Below are positions 1-12,402 of a DNA stretch of 64,000 bases, in pieces. Below the pieces are notes generated by a model. The model saw only the letters and a program-made list of their open reading frames with translations. It searched no databases and was not told where the DNA came from. Made by a program: the position numbers and the translations under genes. The stretch lies in assembly GCF_964204645.1 (NCBI RefSeq), contig NC_134028.1:15507653-15571652 (forward strand), in the 5' to 3' direction. Within the stretch, counting starts at the first letter, position 1, and each line of letters begins with the position of its first letter. Origin of the DNA: Tubulanus polymorphus. Lineage: Eukaryota; Animalia; Nemertea.

Positions 1-1359
1 GAGCTAATGAATGCAGCTATCGATACGCGAGAGCCTTGATGACTATACTCTTCTGCTAGCATTACAATATTCCTTGACGGATTTACTTGAAACTTTCGTG
101 AGATCTACGGAACACAGGTACCTTGAGGTAAGTCGAAGGGATCTTTGATTTGGGACCCCGTTCACCCACCAGGGCGTGTTTTACATTTGAAAATTATGAC
201 ATCGAAAAGTTACTGTGCGAGAAAATTTTTTGTCTTTGACTTCTCAGCTTCGGGCGAGCACGAAAGTTGTTCATAACAGCCTGGAGGCTAAAAAAGTGAA
301 TGGCACGCCCTATCTGCGATTAACCGTTTGGGCTCTACGGGCTCGAAAATGGGCCCCCAAATTTTTTAATGAGACTTTTGCTCCCAGCTCCTTTTAACCG
401 TTGGAAATAGAATCGTGGTTGCGACGAGTGATCAGTAGCCCTTGCGAAGACGCTTTTATTGATGTATGGTATAACTATGTAACTCATATGGTTCTCCAGT
501 AGCGCCACCTATAAGACGCTAGAATACGCATTTCCATCTATATCGACTAAGGGTACTAATGGATTTCTTTAAAAATTGATACACATGTACCTGGTTACTA
601 AACGAAACGAACCCCTTATATGATTAGTTCCCATTTTAACCACTAGGGGGCGTAAATTTTGAAAAATCGATTTCAGAATCAATTTTTCGCATTTAATGCG
701 GTCTGTTTATTATGAAAATCACAAAACTTGGTATAAGTACAAAGACATGTGTGTAATATGCCATCCTGCATGATTAGTTCATAAATCTGCCACTAGGGGA
801 ATGTGAAAACATCGATTTTTGCTCCTAGGTCCTTAACCGTTGGCGATAGAATCGAGGTTGCGATGTGTGGTTAGTAGCCCTTTTCAAGATACTTGTATTT
901 GTGTATGTTTTAAGTAGGTAACTTATATGGTTCTCCAGGAGCGCCACCTACATTTTGCTGGAAATGCATTTTCATTGATAGCAACTAAGCGGATAAAGGG
1001 GTCTCTATGAAATTGATATACATGTACCTGGATATATGATACAACGAATCCCTAACATGATTAGTTCCTATTCTAACCACTAGGGGCGTTAATGTTGAAA
1101 ACTCATTCTAGCATCAGTTTTTTCGATTTTAATTCAGTAGTACTTAGTATGCTAACCGGCAAATTACCGGCCACTTGAACATGGTAAAAGTACCGTATCT
1201 TCGTTATTCTCGGTGTCATATCCCCTAACCTTGGTACATTAGAACTTTTCGCGTAATATCCCATGTGAATCAACATAGCCATGTTATCAGCTGACCCCTA
1301 GGTGGCGCACCTCATCCAGCAAGGCAGAAACCCGTTATCGCTGCTTTGCAGCTATATTT
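1..1359 (+). mobile_element. 3' part of a non-autonomous Helentron/DINE-1-like (HINE) element
   Basis: Ends in sub-TIR GCAGAAACCC, stem-loop GCTGC-TTT-GCAGC and TATATTT. Homologous to 20590-21758. Confidence 0.65.
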
Positions 1360-1409
1360 ATTAGGGTTTCTGCTGCCTTCGCAGAAACCCTATTGTATTC
1401 CTGCTGATT

Positions 1410-1472
1410 TGTTGTTGTTGTTGTTGTTGTTGTCGTTGTCGTTGTCGTTGTCGTTGTTATTATTATTATTAT
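1410..1472. repeat. Compound microsatellite (GTT)n(GTCGTT)n(ATT)n
   Basis: Read directly. A longer inverted copy lies at ~8662-8743. Confidence 0.95.
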
Positions 1473-1970
1473 AATATTCTTTTTCACACTGTATCACAAG
1501 TACTACGCTGCATTGACAAATACTGTATATAATATTAATCAGAAATGCACTGTTTGCTCACTGTGAGCCTCTAAACATCGAAATTTAATTCCGATTCAAA
1601 CAGTATCCATCTACGTATGTGTATTGCCTACGTGTCATTCCCACAGCGGCTCCTAAATACGTGTGTTTGTGTCTGTGTCCTTATATCGATAGAGCTGTGT
1701 TGTTCTAGATCTGTAGTAAACACGTAAGCAGTAGTGATATTTTTATCTCTTCCTTCTACGAATCGATTGTTGAATTAGGACATTGCTCGACTGAACGCAA
1801 CTGAGGAATTTTTATGGCCTTGTTTGTGCCGTATGTTAAAGAGCATCATATATTGCTTCGGCAACACAAGTTAGAGCATCATATAAGTAATTGGAAGATG
1901 TGGGTTTCATACCAGAGTACTAGAGTACTAGACACCACTAATCACCACAAGTAATTTTTTTCCCTAATAA

Positions 1971-2183
1971 ATGGGAGACAGTGAGTTCCAAACAGAAAAA
2001 AGTGATGTTAATAAAAATCAATATTATTGCCCATATTGTAAAAAATACATTGATAAATATATTAAACCTTACATGGAAAATGTTAGAAATTATATTGATT
2101 CACTAGAAATAAAAGATACAATTGAAATTTTAGAAATATTACGTAGTAAAATTGTGACACACATAAACAGTGAGTGCGCGTAA
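1971..2183 (+). pseudogene. Internally deleted N-terminus of Polinton pPolB
   Basis: VNKNQYYCPYCKKYIDK and KPYMENVRNYIDSLEIKDTIEILE match two separated blocks of the 343-aa ORF at 36278-37309. Confidence 0.85.
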
Positions 2184-2285
2184 CAACAGCTGCGCGTGTG
2201 TTAAAATTTTTTTTTTTTTTTTGCTTTTTTCCAAAAATAAACACACTTTTTAATATAAAAGCGCTAATAAAATGATAAAATTGTT

Positions 2286-2505
2286 CAATATTAAAAGTGT
2301 GAGTAAAGTGTGAGTAAAATAATTTAGATTTTCAATATTAAAAGTGTGAGTAAAGTGTGAGTAAAATGATGAAATTGTTTAATATTAAAAATGTGAGTAA
2401 AGTGTGAGTAAAATAATTGAGATTTTCAATATTAAAAGTGTGAGTAAAGTGTGAGTAAAATAATTGAGATTTTCAATATTAAAAGTGTGAGTAAAGTGTG
2501 AGTAA
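2286..2505. repeat. 47-bp tandem repeat, ~5 copies (TATTAAAAGTGTGAGTAAAGTGTGAGTAAAATAATTGAGATTTTCAA)
   Basis: Period 47 at 2289, 2336, 2383, 2430, 2477. Also present in the other arms (~7569-7788 and ~19931-20150). Confidence 0.9.
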
Positions 2506-3178
2506 TAATTTTGTTATAAAAATGAAGAAAGAAGAACCCAACTTCAAAATCGAAATCAATGAAACCAATAAATCATTTTCACAGTTTAACATTAGAAATT
2601 ATATTTCAGCAACAAATTTAGTATATGGAAGACAATATAAAATTGATAATATTACTGTAATTAATCAAATATTATTAAATGAAACATATTTAATTACTGA
2701 ACTAATAGATACTTTAGATAATGGCGCCAAAAATCCTAAAATATTTAATACAGTTTTAAATTATAAAGGTAATTTAGATGAAAACATAATAAATATTCTT
2801 AAATTTCCTTTTAATGAAAGAGAAAGTGATATAATACTTTCAAAAGGTAATGATAGGATAGACTTAAGAATTGAAAAACGACGATTATATTATTGTAATT
2901 TTGATAATAAACAAATTATTTATAATGAAAATACATCAAATATTGAAATTCAATGTGATTTAGAAAACAATAATTCTTTTAAAGATATTGCAATTCAGTG
3001 TGATTTAGAAAATAGTAAATCTTTTAAACATATCGCAATTCAATGTGATTTAGAAAATGAATTCAAAAGATTTAATCCTAATGAAAAAATTCATTGTTAT
3101 TGCGGAGGTAAATATTCAAAATCACATAAATCAAAGCATTACCAAACAATTAAACATAAAAACTGGTGTAAAGAGTAA
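2498..3178 (+). CDS. Hypothetical viral-type protein with three IxIQCDLEN repeats and a C-terminal CxC..H..H zinc-finger-like motif
   Basis: Open 226 codons, first ATG at 2522. C-terminus IHCYCGGKYSKSHKSKHYQTIKH. Kept open in all three copies. Confidence 0.65.
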   Translation: MSNNFVIKMKKEEPNFKIEINETNKSFSQFNIRNYISATNLVYGRQYKIDNITVINQILLNETYLITELIDTLDNGAKNPKIFNTVLNYKGNLDENIINILKFPFNERESDIILSKGNDRIDLRIEKRRLYYCNFDNKQIIYNENTSNIEIQCDLENNNSFKDIAIQCDLENSKSFKHIAIQCDLENEFKRFNPNEKIHCYCGGKYSKSHKSKHYQTIKHKNWCKE

Positions 3179-3251
3179 CAATTCTACATTGAAAATAAAT
3201 TAAATAGTCAAATAATTATTGAATTTAGTTAAATGATTTAAATATCTAATA

Positions 3252-6200
3252 GACTGTTGAAATGATAAATTGTTTGGCTGTTAAAATGATAAATTGTTTG
3301 ACATTTGAAATGATAAATTGTTTGACAGTTGAAATGATAAATTGTTCGACTGTTGAAATGATAAGACAGTTGAAATGATAAATTGTTTGACAGTTGAAAT
3401 GATAAATTCTTTGACAGTTGAAATGATAAATTGTTTGACAGTTTTAATGATAAATTGTTCGACTGTTGAAATGATAAATTGTTTGACAGTTGAAATGATA
3501 AATTGTTCGACTGTTGAAATGATTTGACAGTTGAAATAATAAATTGTTTAACAGTTGAAATGATAAATTGTTTGAAAGCTGAAATGATAAATTGTTTGAC
3601 AGTTGAAATGATAAATTGTTCGACTGTTGAAATGATTTGACAGTTGAAATGATAAATTGTTTGACAGTTGAAATGATAAATTGTTTAACAGTTGAAATGA
3701 TAAATTGTTTGACAGTTGAAATGATAAATTGTGTGACAGTTGAAATGATAAATTGTTTGACAGTTGAAATGATAAATTGTTTGACAGTTGAAATGATAAA
3801 TTGTTTGACAGTTGAAATGATAAATTGTTTGACAGTTGAAATGATAAATTGTTTGACATTTGAAATGATAAATTGTTTGACAGTTGAAATGATAAATTGT
3901 TCGACTGTTGAAATGATTTGACAGTTGAAATGATAAATTGTTTGACAGTTGAAATGATAAATTGTTTAACAGTTGAAATTATAAATTGTTTGACAGTTGA
4001 AATGATAAATTGTGTGACAGTTGAAATGATAAATTGTTTGACAGTTGAAATGATAAATTGTTTGACAGTTGAAATGATAAATTGTTTGACAGTTGAAATG
4101 ATAAATTGTTCGACTGTTGAAATGATTTGACAGTTGAAATGATAAATTGTTCGACTGTTGAAATGATTTGATAGTTGAAATGATAAATTGTTTGACAGTT
4201 GTAATGATAAATTGTTCGACTGTTGAAATGATAAGACAGTTGAAATAATAAATTGTTTGACAGTTGAAATGATAAATTGTTTGACAGTTGAAATTATAAA
4301 TTGTTCGACTGTGGAAATGATAAATTGTGTGACAGTTGAAATGATAAATTGTTTGACAGTTGAAATGATAAATTGTTCGACTGTTGAAATGATTTGACAG
4401 TTGAAATGATTTGACAGTTGAAATGATAAATTGTTTGACAGTTGAAATGATAAATTCTTTGACAGTTGAAATGATAAATTGTTTGACAGTTTTAATGATA
4501 AATTGTTTGACAGTTGAAATGATAAATTGTTTGACAGTTGAAATGATAAATTGTTTGACAGTTGAAATGATAAATTGTTTGACAGTTGAAATGATAAATT
4601 GTTTGACAGTTGAAATGATAAATTGTTTGACAGTTGAAATAATAAATTGTTTGACAGTTGAAATGATAAATTGTTCGACTGTTGAAATGATTTGACAGTT
4701 GAAATGATAAATTGTTTGACAGTTGAAATGATAAATTGTTCGACTGTTGAAATGATTTGATAGTTGAAATGATAAATTGTTTGACAGTTGTAATGATAAA
4801 TTGTTCGACTGTTGAAATGATAAATTGTTCGACTGTTGAAATGATAAATTGTTTGACAGTTGAAATTTCCACAGTCGAACAATTTATAATTTCAACTGTC
4901 AAACAATTTATCATTTCAACAGTCGAACAATTTATCATTTCAACTGTCAAACAATTTATCATTTCAACTGTCACACAATTTATCATTTCAACTGTCAAAC
5001 AATTTATAATTTCAACTGTTAAACAATTTATCATTTCAACTGTCAAACAATTTATCATTAAAACTGTCAAATCATTTCAACAGTTGAACAATTTATCATT
5101 TCAACTGTCAAACAATTTATCATTTCAACTGTCAAATCATTTCAACAGTCGAACAATTTATCATTTCAACTGTCAAACAATTTATCATTTCAACTGTCAA
5201 ACAATTTATCATTTCAACTGTCAAACAATTTATCATTTCAACTGTCACACAATTTATCATTTCAACTGTCAAACAATTTATAATTTCAACTGTTAAACAA
5301 TTTATCATTTCAACTGTCAAACAATTTATCATTTCAATTGTCAAACAATTTATCATTTCAACTGTCAAATCATTTCAACAGTCGAACAATTTATCATTTC
5401 AACTGTCAAACAATTTATCATTTCAACTGTCAAACAATTTATCATTTCAACTGTCAAACAATTTATCATTTCAACTGTCAAACAATTTATCATTTCAACT
5501 GTCAAACAATTTATCATTAAAACTGTCAAACAATTTATCATTTCAACTGTCACACAATTTATCATTTCCACAGTCGAACAATTTATAATTTCAACTGTCA
5601 AACAATTTATCATTTCAACAGTCGAACAATTTATCATTTCAACTGTCAAACAATTTATCATTTCAACTGTCACACAATTTATCATTTCCACAGTCGAACA
5701 ATTTATAATTTCAACTGTCAAACAATTTATCATTTCAACAGTCGAACAATTTATCATTTCAACTGTCAAACAATTTATCATTTCAACTGTCAAACAATTT
5801 ATTATTTCAACTGTCTTATCATTTCAACAGTCGAACAATTTATCATTACAACTGTCAAACAATTTATCATTTCAACTATCAAATCATTTCAACAGTCGAA
5901 CAATTTATCATTTCAACTGTCAAACAATTTATCATTTCAACTGTCAAATCATTTCAACAGTCGAACAATTTATCATTTCAACTGTCAAACAATTTATTAT
6001 TTCAACTGTCAAACAATTTATCATTTCAACTGTCAAACAATTTATCATTTCAACTGTCACACAATTTATCATTTCAACTGTCAAACAATTTATAATTTCA
6101 ACTGTTAAACAATTTATCATTTCAACTGTCAAACAATTTATCATTTCAACTGTCAAATCATTTCAACAGTCGAACAATTTATCATTTCAACTGTCAAACA

Positions 6201-6822
6201 ATTTATCATTTCAAATGTCAAACAATTTATCATTTCAACTGTCAAACAATTTATCATTTCAACTGTCAAACAATTTATCATTTCAACTGTCAAACAATTT
6301 ATCATTTCAACTGTCAAACAATTTATCATTTCAACTGTCACACAATTTATCATTTCAACTGTCAAACAATTTATCATTTCAACTGTTAAACAATTTATCA
6401 TTTCAACTGTCAAACAATTTATCATTTCAACTGTCAAATCATTTCAACAGTCGAACAATTTATCATTTCAACTGTCAAACAATTTATCATTTCAGCTTTC
6501 AAACAATTTATCATTTCAACTGTTAAACAATTTATTATTTCAACTGTCAAATCATTTCAACAGTCGAACAATTTATCATTTCAACTGTCAAACAATTTAT
6601 CATTTCAACAGTCGAACAATTTATCATTAAAACTGTCAAACAATTTATCATTTCAACTGTCAAAGAATTTATCATTTCAACTGTCAAACAATTTATCATT
6701 TCAACTGTCTTATCATTTCAACAGTCGAACAATTTATCATTTCAACTGTCAAACAATTTATCATTTCAAATGTCAAACAATTTATCATTTTAACAGCCAA
6801 ACAATTTATCATTTCAACAGTC
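3252..6822. repeat. 24-bp satellite (GACAGTTGAAATGATAAATTGTTT)n with orientation switch at ~4866
   Basis: Read directly. It explains the TVEMINCL / QFIISTVK / NNLSFQLS ORFs. Confidence 0.97.
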
Positions 6823-6895
6823 TATTAGATATTTAAATCATTTAACTAAATTCAATAATTATTTGACTATTTAATTTATTTTCAATGTAGAATTG

Positions 6896-7576
6896 TTACT
6901 CTTTACACCAGTTTTTATGTTTAATTGTTTGGTAATGCTTTGATTTATGTGATTTTGAATATTTACCTCCGCAATAACAATGAATTTTTTCATTAGGATT
7001 AAATCTTTTGAATTCATTTTCTAAATCACATTGAATTGCGATATGTTTAAAAGATTTACTATTTTCTAAATCACACTGAATTGCAATATCTTTAAAAGAA
7101 TTATTGTTTTCTAAATCACATTGAATTTCAATATTTGATGTATTTTCATTATAAATAATTTGTTTATTATCAAAATTACAATAATATAATCGTCGTTTTT
7201 CAATTCTTAAGTCTATCCTATCATTACCTTTTGAAAGTATTATATCACTTTCTCTTTCATTAAAAGGAAATTTAAGAATATTTATTATGTTTTCATCTAA
7301 ATTACCTTTATAATTTAAAACTGTATTAAATATTTTAGGATTTTTGGCGCCATTATCTAAAGTATCTATTAGTTCAGTAATTAAATATGTTTCATTTAAT
7401 AATATTTGATTAATTACAGTAATATTATCAATTTTATATTGTCTTCCATATACTAAATTTGTTGCTGAAATATAATTTCTAATGTTAAACTGTGAAAATG
7501 ATTTATTGGTTTCATTGATTTCGATTTTGAAGTTGGGTTCTTCTTTCTTCATTTTTATAACAAAATTATTACTCAC
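6896..7576 (-). CDS. Copy of the 226-aa IQCD-repeat/zinc-finger-like protein
   Basis: Translation identical to 2498-3178. Confidence 0.65.
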   Translation of the reverse strand: MSNNFVIKMKKEEPNFKIEINETNKSFSQFNIRNYISATNLVYGRQYKIDNITVINQILLNETYLITELIDTLDNGAKNPKIFNTVLNYKGNLDENIINILKFPFNERESDIILSKGNDRIDLRIEKRRLYYCNFDNKQIIYNENTSNIEIQCDLENNNSFKDIAIQCDLENSKSFKHIAIQCDLENEFKRFNPNEKIHCYCGGKYSKSHKSKHYQTIKHKNWCKE

Positions 7577-7890
7577 ACTTTACTCACACTTTTAATATTG
7601 AAAATCTCAATTATTTTACTCACACTTTACTCACACTTTTAATATTGAAAATCTCAATTATTTTACTCACACTTTACTCACATTTTTAATATTAAACAAT
7701 TTCATCATTTTACTCACACTTTACTCACACTTTTAATATTGAAAATCTAAATTATTTTACTCACACTTTACTCACACTTTTAATATTGAACAATTTTATC
7801 ATTTTATTAGCGCTTTTATATTAAAAAGTGTGTTTATTTTTGGAAAAAAGCAAAAAAAAAAAAAAAATTTTAACACACGCGCAGCTGTTG

Positions 7891-8103
7891 TTACGCGCAC
7901 TCACTGTTTATGTGTGTCACAATTTTACTACGTAATATTTCTAAAATTTCAATTGTATCTTTTATTTCTAGTGAATCAATATAATTTCTAACATTTTCCA
8001 TGTAAGGTTTAATATATTTATCAATGTATTTTTTACAATATGGGCAATAATATTGATTTTTATTAACATCACTTTTTTCTGTTTGGAACTCACTGTCTCC
8101 CAT
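7891..8103 (-). pseudogene. Copy of the deleted pPolB N-terminus
   Basis: Translation identical to 1971-2183. Confidence 0.85.
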
Positions 8104-8188
8104 TTATTAGGGAAAAAAATTACTTGTGGTGATTAGTGGTGTCTAGTACTCTAGTACTCTGGTATGAAACCCACATCTTCCAATTACT

Positions 8189-8676
8189 TATATGATGCTC
8201 TAACTTGTGTTGCCGAAGCAATATATGATGCTCTTTAACATACGGCACAAACAAGGCCATAAAAATTCCTCAGTTGCGTTCAGTCGAGCAATGTCCTAAT
8301 TCAACAATCGATTCGTAGAAGGAAGAGATAAAAATATCACTACTGCTTACGTGTTTACTACAGATCTAGAACAACACAGCTCTATCGATATAAGGACACA
8401 GACACAAACACACGTATTTAGGAGCCGCTGTGGGAATGACACGTAGGCAATACACATACGTAGATGGATACTGTTTGAATCGGAATTAAATTTCGATGTT
8501 TAGAGGCTCACAGTGAGCAAACAGTGCATTTCTGATTAATATTATATACAGTATTTGTCAATGCAGCGTAGTACTTGTGATACCGAATGGTTTCACCGAC
8601 AGTGAAAGTAAGTTGCAGTTGTTTATATCCTTTCAGTAAGATCCAGTGTGAAAAAGAATATTATAATAATAATAAT

Positions 8677-8744
<68 letters not shown>

Positions 8745-10620
8745 ATCAGCAGGAATACAATAGGGTTTCTGCGAAGGCAGCAGAAACCCTAATAAATATA
8801 GCTGCAAAGCAGCGATAACGGGTTTCTGCCTTGCTGGATGAGGTGCGCCACCTAGGGGTCAGCTGATAACATGGCTATGTTGATTCACATGGGATATTAC
8901 GCGAAAAGTTCTAATGTACCAAGGTTAGGGGATATGACACCGAGAATAACGAAGATACGGTACTTTTACCATGTTCAAGTGGCCGGTAATTTGCCGGTTA
9001 GCATACTAAGTACTACTGAATTAAAATCGAAAAAACTGATGCTAGAATGAGTTTTCAACATTAACGCCCCTAGTGGTTAGAATAGGAACTAATCATGTTA
9101 GGGATTCGTTGTATCATATATCCAGGTACATGTATATCAATTTCATAGAGACCCCTTTATCCGCTTAGTTGCTATCAATGAAAATGCATTTCCAGCAAAA
9201 TGTAGGTGGCGCTCCTGGAGAACCATATAAGTTACCTACTTAAAACATACACAAATACAAGTATCTTGAAAAGGGCTACTAACCACACATCGCAACCTCG
9301 ATTCTATCGCCAACGGTTAAGGACCTAGGAGCAAAAATCGATGTTTTCACATTCCCCTAGTGGCAGATTTATGAACTAATCATGCAGGATGGCATATTAC
9401 ACACATGTCTTTGTACTTATACCAAGTTTTGTGATTTTCATAATAAACAGACCGCATTAAATGCGAAAAATTGATTCTGAAATCGATTTTTCAAAATTTA
9501 CGCCCCCTAGTGGTTAAAATGGGAACTAATCATATAAGGGGTTCGTTTCGTTTAGTAACCAGGTACATGTGTATCAATTTTTAAAGAAATCCATTAGTAC
9601 CCTTAGTCGATATAGATGGAAATGCGTATTCTAGCGTCTTATAGGTGGCGCTACTGGAGAACCATATGAGTTACATAGTTATACCATACATCAATAAAAG
9701 CGTCTTCGCAAGGGCTACTGATCACTCGTCGCAACCACGATTCTATTTCCAACGGTTAAAAGGAGCTGGGAGCAAAAGTCTCATTAAAAAATTTGGGGGC
9801 CCATTTTCGAGCCCGTAGAGCCCAAACGGTTAATCGCAGATAGGGCGTGCCATTCACTTTTTTAGCCTCCAGGCTGTTATGAACAACTTTCGTGCTCGCC
9901 CGAAGCTGAGAAGTCAAAGACAAAAAATTTTCTCGCACAGTAACTTTTCGATGTCATAATTTTCAAATGTAAAACACGCCCTGGTGGGTGAACGGGGTCC
10001 CAAATCAAAGATCCCTTCGACTTACCTCAAGGTACCTGTGTTCCGTAGATCTCACGAAAGTTTCAAGTAAATCCGTCAAGGAATATTGTAATGCTAGCAG
10101 AAGAGTATAGTCATCAAGGCTCTCGCGTATCGATAGCTGCATTCATTAGCTCTATCCAGGGAAGTTACCGCAAGGATGCTATTGCTTGAACGTACGTATA
10201 TGCGGCACAAACAAGGCTATACAAATTCCTCAGTTGCGTTCACTCGAGAATGTCCTATTTCAACGGCAAAACATTCGACTCGTAGAGTGATAAAAATACT
10301 TTTTACTACTGATCTAGAACAGGGCTCTCTATCACTGCATATACGGATACGCACTCAAATACATGTACTGCGGTATTGTGGGAATAAGACACGTAGGCAA
10401 TACACATACGTAGATGGATACTGTTTGAATCGGGCTTAAATTTCGATGTTTAGAGGCTCACAGTGAGTAAACAGTGGCATTCTGATTAATATTATATACA
10501 GTATTTGTCAATGCAGCATAGTACTTGTGATACAGAATGGTTTCGCCGACAGTGAAAGTAAGTTGCAGTTGAAACACGCGAATCTCAATAGGGTTTTCTG
10601 TGATGTAACAGAAAACCCTA
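8189..10620 (-). mobile_element. Tandem HINE units (minus strand); outer 5' end abuts the split capsid gene
   Basis: Hairpin TAGGGTTTTCTGT..ACAGAAAACCCTA at 10589-10620. Unit junction at ~8761-8830. 10200-10570 is homologous to 8240-8620. Confidence 0.65.
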
Positions 10621-11243
10621 AATATATGTTTAGAGTATGATACAGTAACTGATGAAAATATTTCAAGTATAATTCAAACTCAATATAATCAAGCATTTTC
10701 ATTATTATATGATTATATTGATAAATTCAAAACCGTAACTATTAATGCAAATGATGAAATAATTAATGAGAATATTAACTTCCCAAGAAGATCTATCAAA
10801 GGTATATTAATATTTTTTACAATTGCAACATATTCTAATGGCGCAATACAGGTTGATCATTATTATAATCCTGAAATATCAAAAGTAGAAATAACTATCG
10901 AAGGTAAAGCAAATAAGATATTTTGTCAAGGAATGAGAATGATTGATCAGTGGCCAGAAATTAGAAAACATTTTATGAATGAAAAAATAAATCATCTGAA
11001 AATTGTAATATTAATCAAATTGATTATTATACCGGCAATAAATACGCATTATGGTTAGATTTTAGAACAACAGAAGATAACTTATTACATGGTTCTGGGA
11101 AAAAACTACAGAACACTAAAGATGGAATACAATTATTCATGAAAAGGAAAACAGGAATCAAAAATTTCAAAATGCACATTTATATTATATCTGACGCACA
11201 ATTAAATATTGTAAATTCACAATTAAATAGTGTTATGTATTAA
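10621..11243 (+). pseudogene. C-terminal half of the major capsid protein gene of an older Polinton
   Basis: Reads NICLEYDTV...NFPRRSIKGILIFF...LHGSGKKLQNTKDGIQL...SDAQLNIVNSQL, matching 26068-26690, with frameshifts. Confidence 0.9.
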
Positions 11244-11275
11244 AATCTTAATTTTAATAAAACTTTTTATAATAA

Positions 11276-12045
11276 ATGGATGAAGGTAAAGTATATAAAC
11301 ATATTCCATACATTGATAAACATGAAAATAATAATGGCTTATATTATGTAATACCTTGTAATATAGCTTTGATATTTGATGCTATTTTTAAAGATTATAA
11401 AACTAAACTGATAGAAATGGTGAAGTTGTTGATAATTTAAGTAATGAAATTGATAATAATGTTATTCCTTCTACATCTAATACTGTTTTACCTTTCTACA
11501 TCTAATAATGCAATAATATTAAATTATAATGAAAATAGAAATTATTGCGGATATTGTAAAGGTGAATTTTCAAACGCCCCAACTAATTGGAATAATCATA
11601 TGAATACAGTTGTACATATAACTAATGTTATATAACGTGTTGGTATCAGAGAATTTATAGAACATCCATTTAGATATGTAACAAAGTTTGTTTCAAATAA
11701 AAAAGTAAATGGTAAAGATTTATATAAAGATTTATTAGGTGAGATTTATATAAAGATTTATTAGGTGAATTTTTATCTAAAGAACCTAGTAAAGATAAAT
11801 TAGATTTAACTGATGCTAATAAAATATTAGGATCAAACATTGTAAATGAAATGTTGGAGTCAAACACTAAGAAAGATGACAATGAAAATATAGTTACAGG
11901 TAAACATATTCATTATAATGATGAAGGCACTAAGAAATCTAAAATAGAAGATATATTTACAAGTAGTGATAATGCTCTAGTTTTATCGGTAGATACGCTG
12001 AATAAATTGTTAGAGTCTGATGTCGAAATAGAGTCTGATGATTAA
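11276..12045 (+). pseudogene. Disrupted zinc-finger-containing ORF of the older Polinton
   Basis: Starts at TTTTTATAATAAATG. Contains CGYC..H..H (11444-11635 fragment) and ends in an acidic tail. Confidence 0.45.
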
Positions 12046-12402
12046 AGTGATTCAGATAGTAAATATAATATATTGGTTGAAAATTGTATAAAATAATAGT
12101 GATTAAAAAAGGGGGTTTAAAGTATTTATGTATCTAATACATATTTAATACGCATTTAGTACATATTATTTGAAATACCTTTTACTGAGGTTATTTTCAA
12201 ACTTATTCAAATATTAGTTGAAAAATTAAAAATATATTAGTTGAAAAATTAAAATAAATAATATTTATTTTTCTTAAAAAGGGGTTTTTAGTATTAATGT
12301 ATCTAATACGTATTTAATGGCGTATTTAATATATGGGTTTTAAGTATTTATGTATCTAATATGTATCTAATACGTACCAAATACATTAATGCTTAAAATG
12401 TC

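Larger units (their letters stand above)
1886..4866 (+). mobile_element. Left arm of a non-autonomous fold-back Polinton derivative
   Basis: Starts AGTAATTGGAAGATGTGGGTTTCA, the same terminus as the full element at 22520, and is preceded by CATATA (1880-1885). Carries a deleted PolB N-terminus, a 47-bp repeat, a 226-aa ORF and the 24-bp satellite. Confidence 0.85.
4867..8188 (-). mobile_element. Inverted duplicate of the left arm of the fold-back derivative
   Basis: Ends CCCACATCTTCCAATTACT at 8188, followed by the reverse complement of the 1885 flank. Confidence 0.85.
1..10152. repeat. Large inverted duplication (arms 1-~4866 and ~4867-10152), symmetry point inside the 24-bp satellite
   Basis: Window start gagctaatgaatgcagc is the reverse complement of 10136-10152. 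Identical ORFs are mirrored (215-397/9756-9938, 1971-2183/7891-8103, 2498-3178/6896-7576). Outside the satellite the arms differ by a 61-bp indel (~1491 vs 8584-8644) and 18 bp of microsatellite. Confidence 0.95.

Noticed and set aside
4860-4875. Hairpin telomere of a linear viral genome at the palindrome centre
   Set aside because: The centre is an imperfect junction in a satellite, the arms include host repeats and differ by indels, and sequence continues on both sides.
3548-6526. Long ORFs (up to 444 aa) in the 24-bp array, also at 17551-18674
   Set aside because: A 24-bp monomer without stops in several frames gives open frames on both strands. There is no sign of coding function.
1886-8188. 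Treating 1886-8188 as a complete element
   Set aside because: The flanks are inverted copies of each other (CATATA / TATATG), not a direct TSD. The matching TSD is at 20551.
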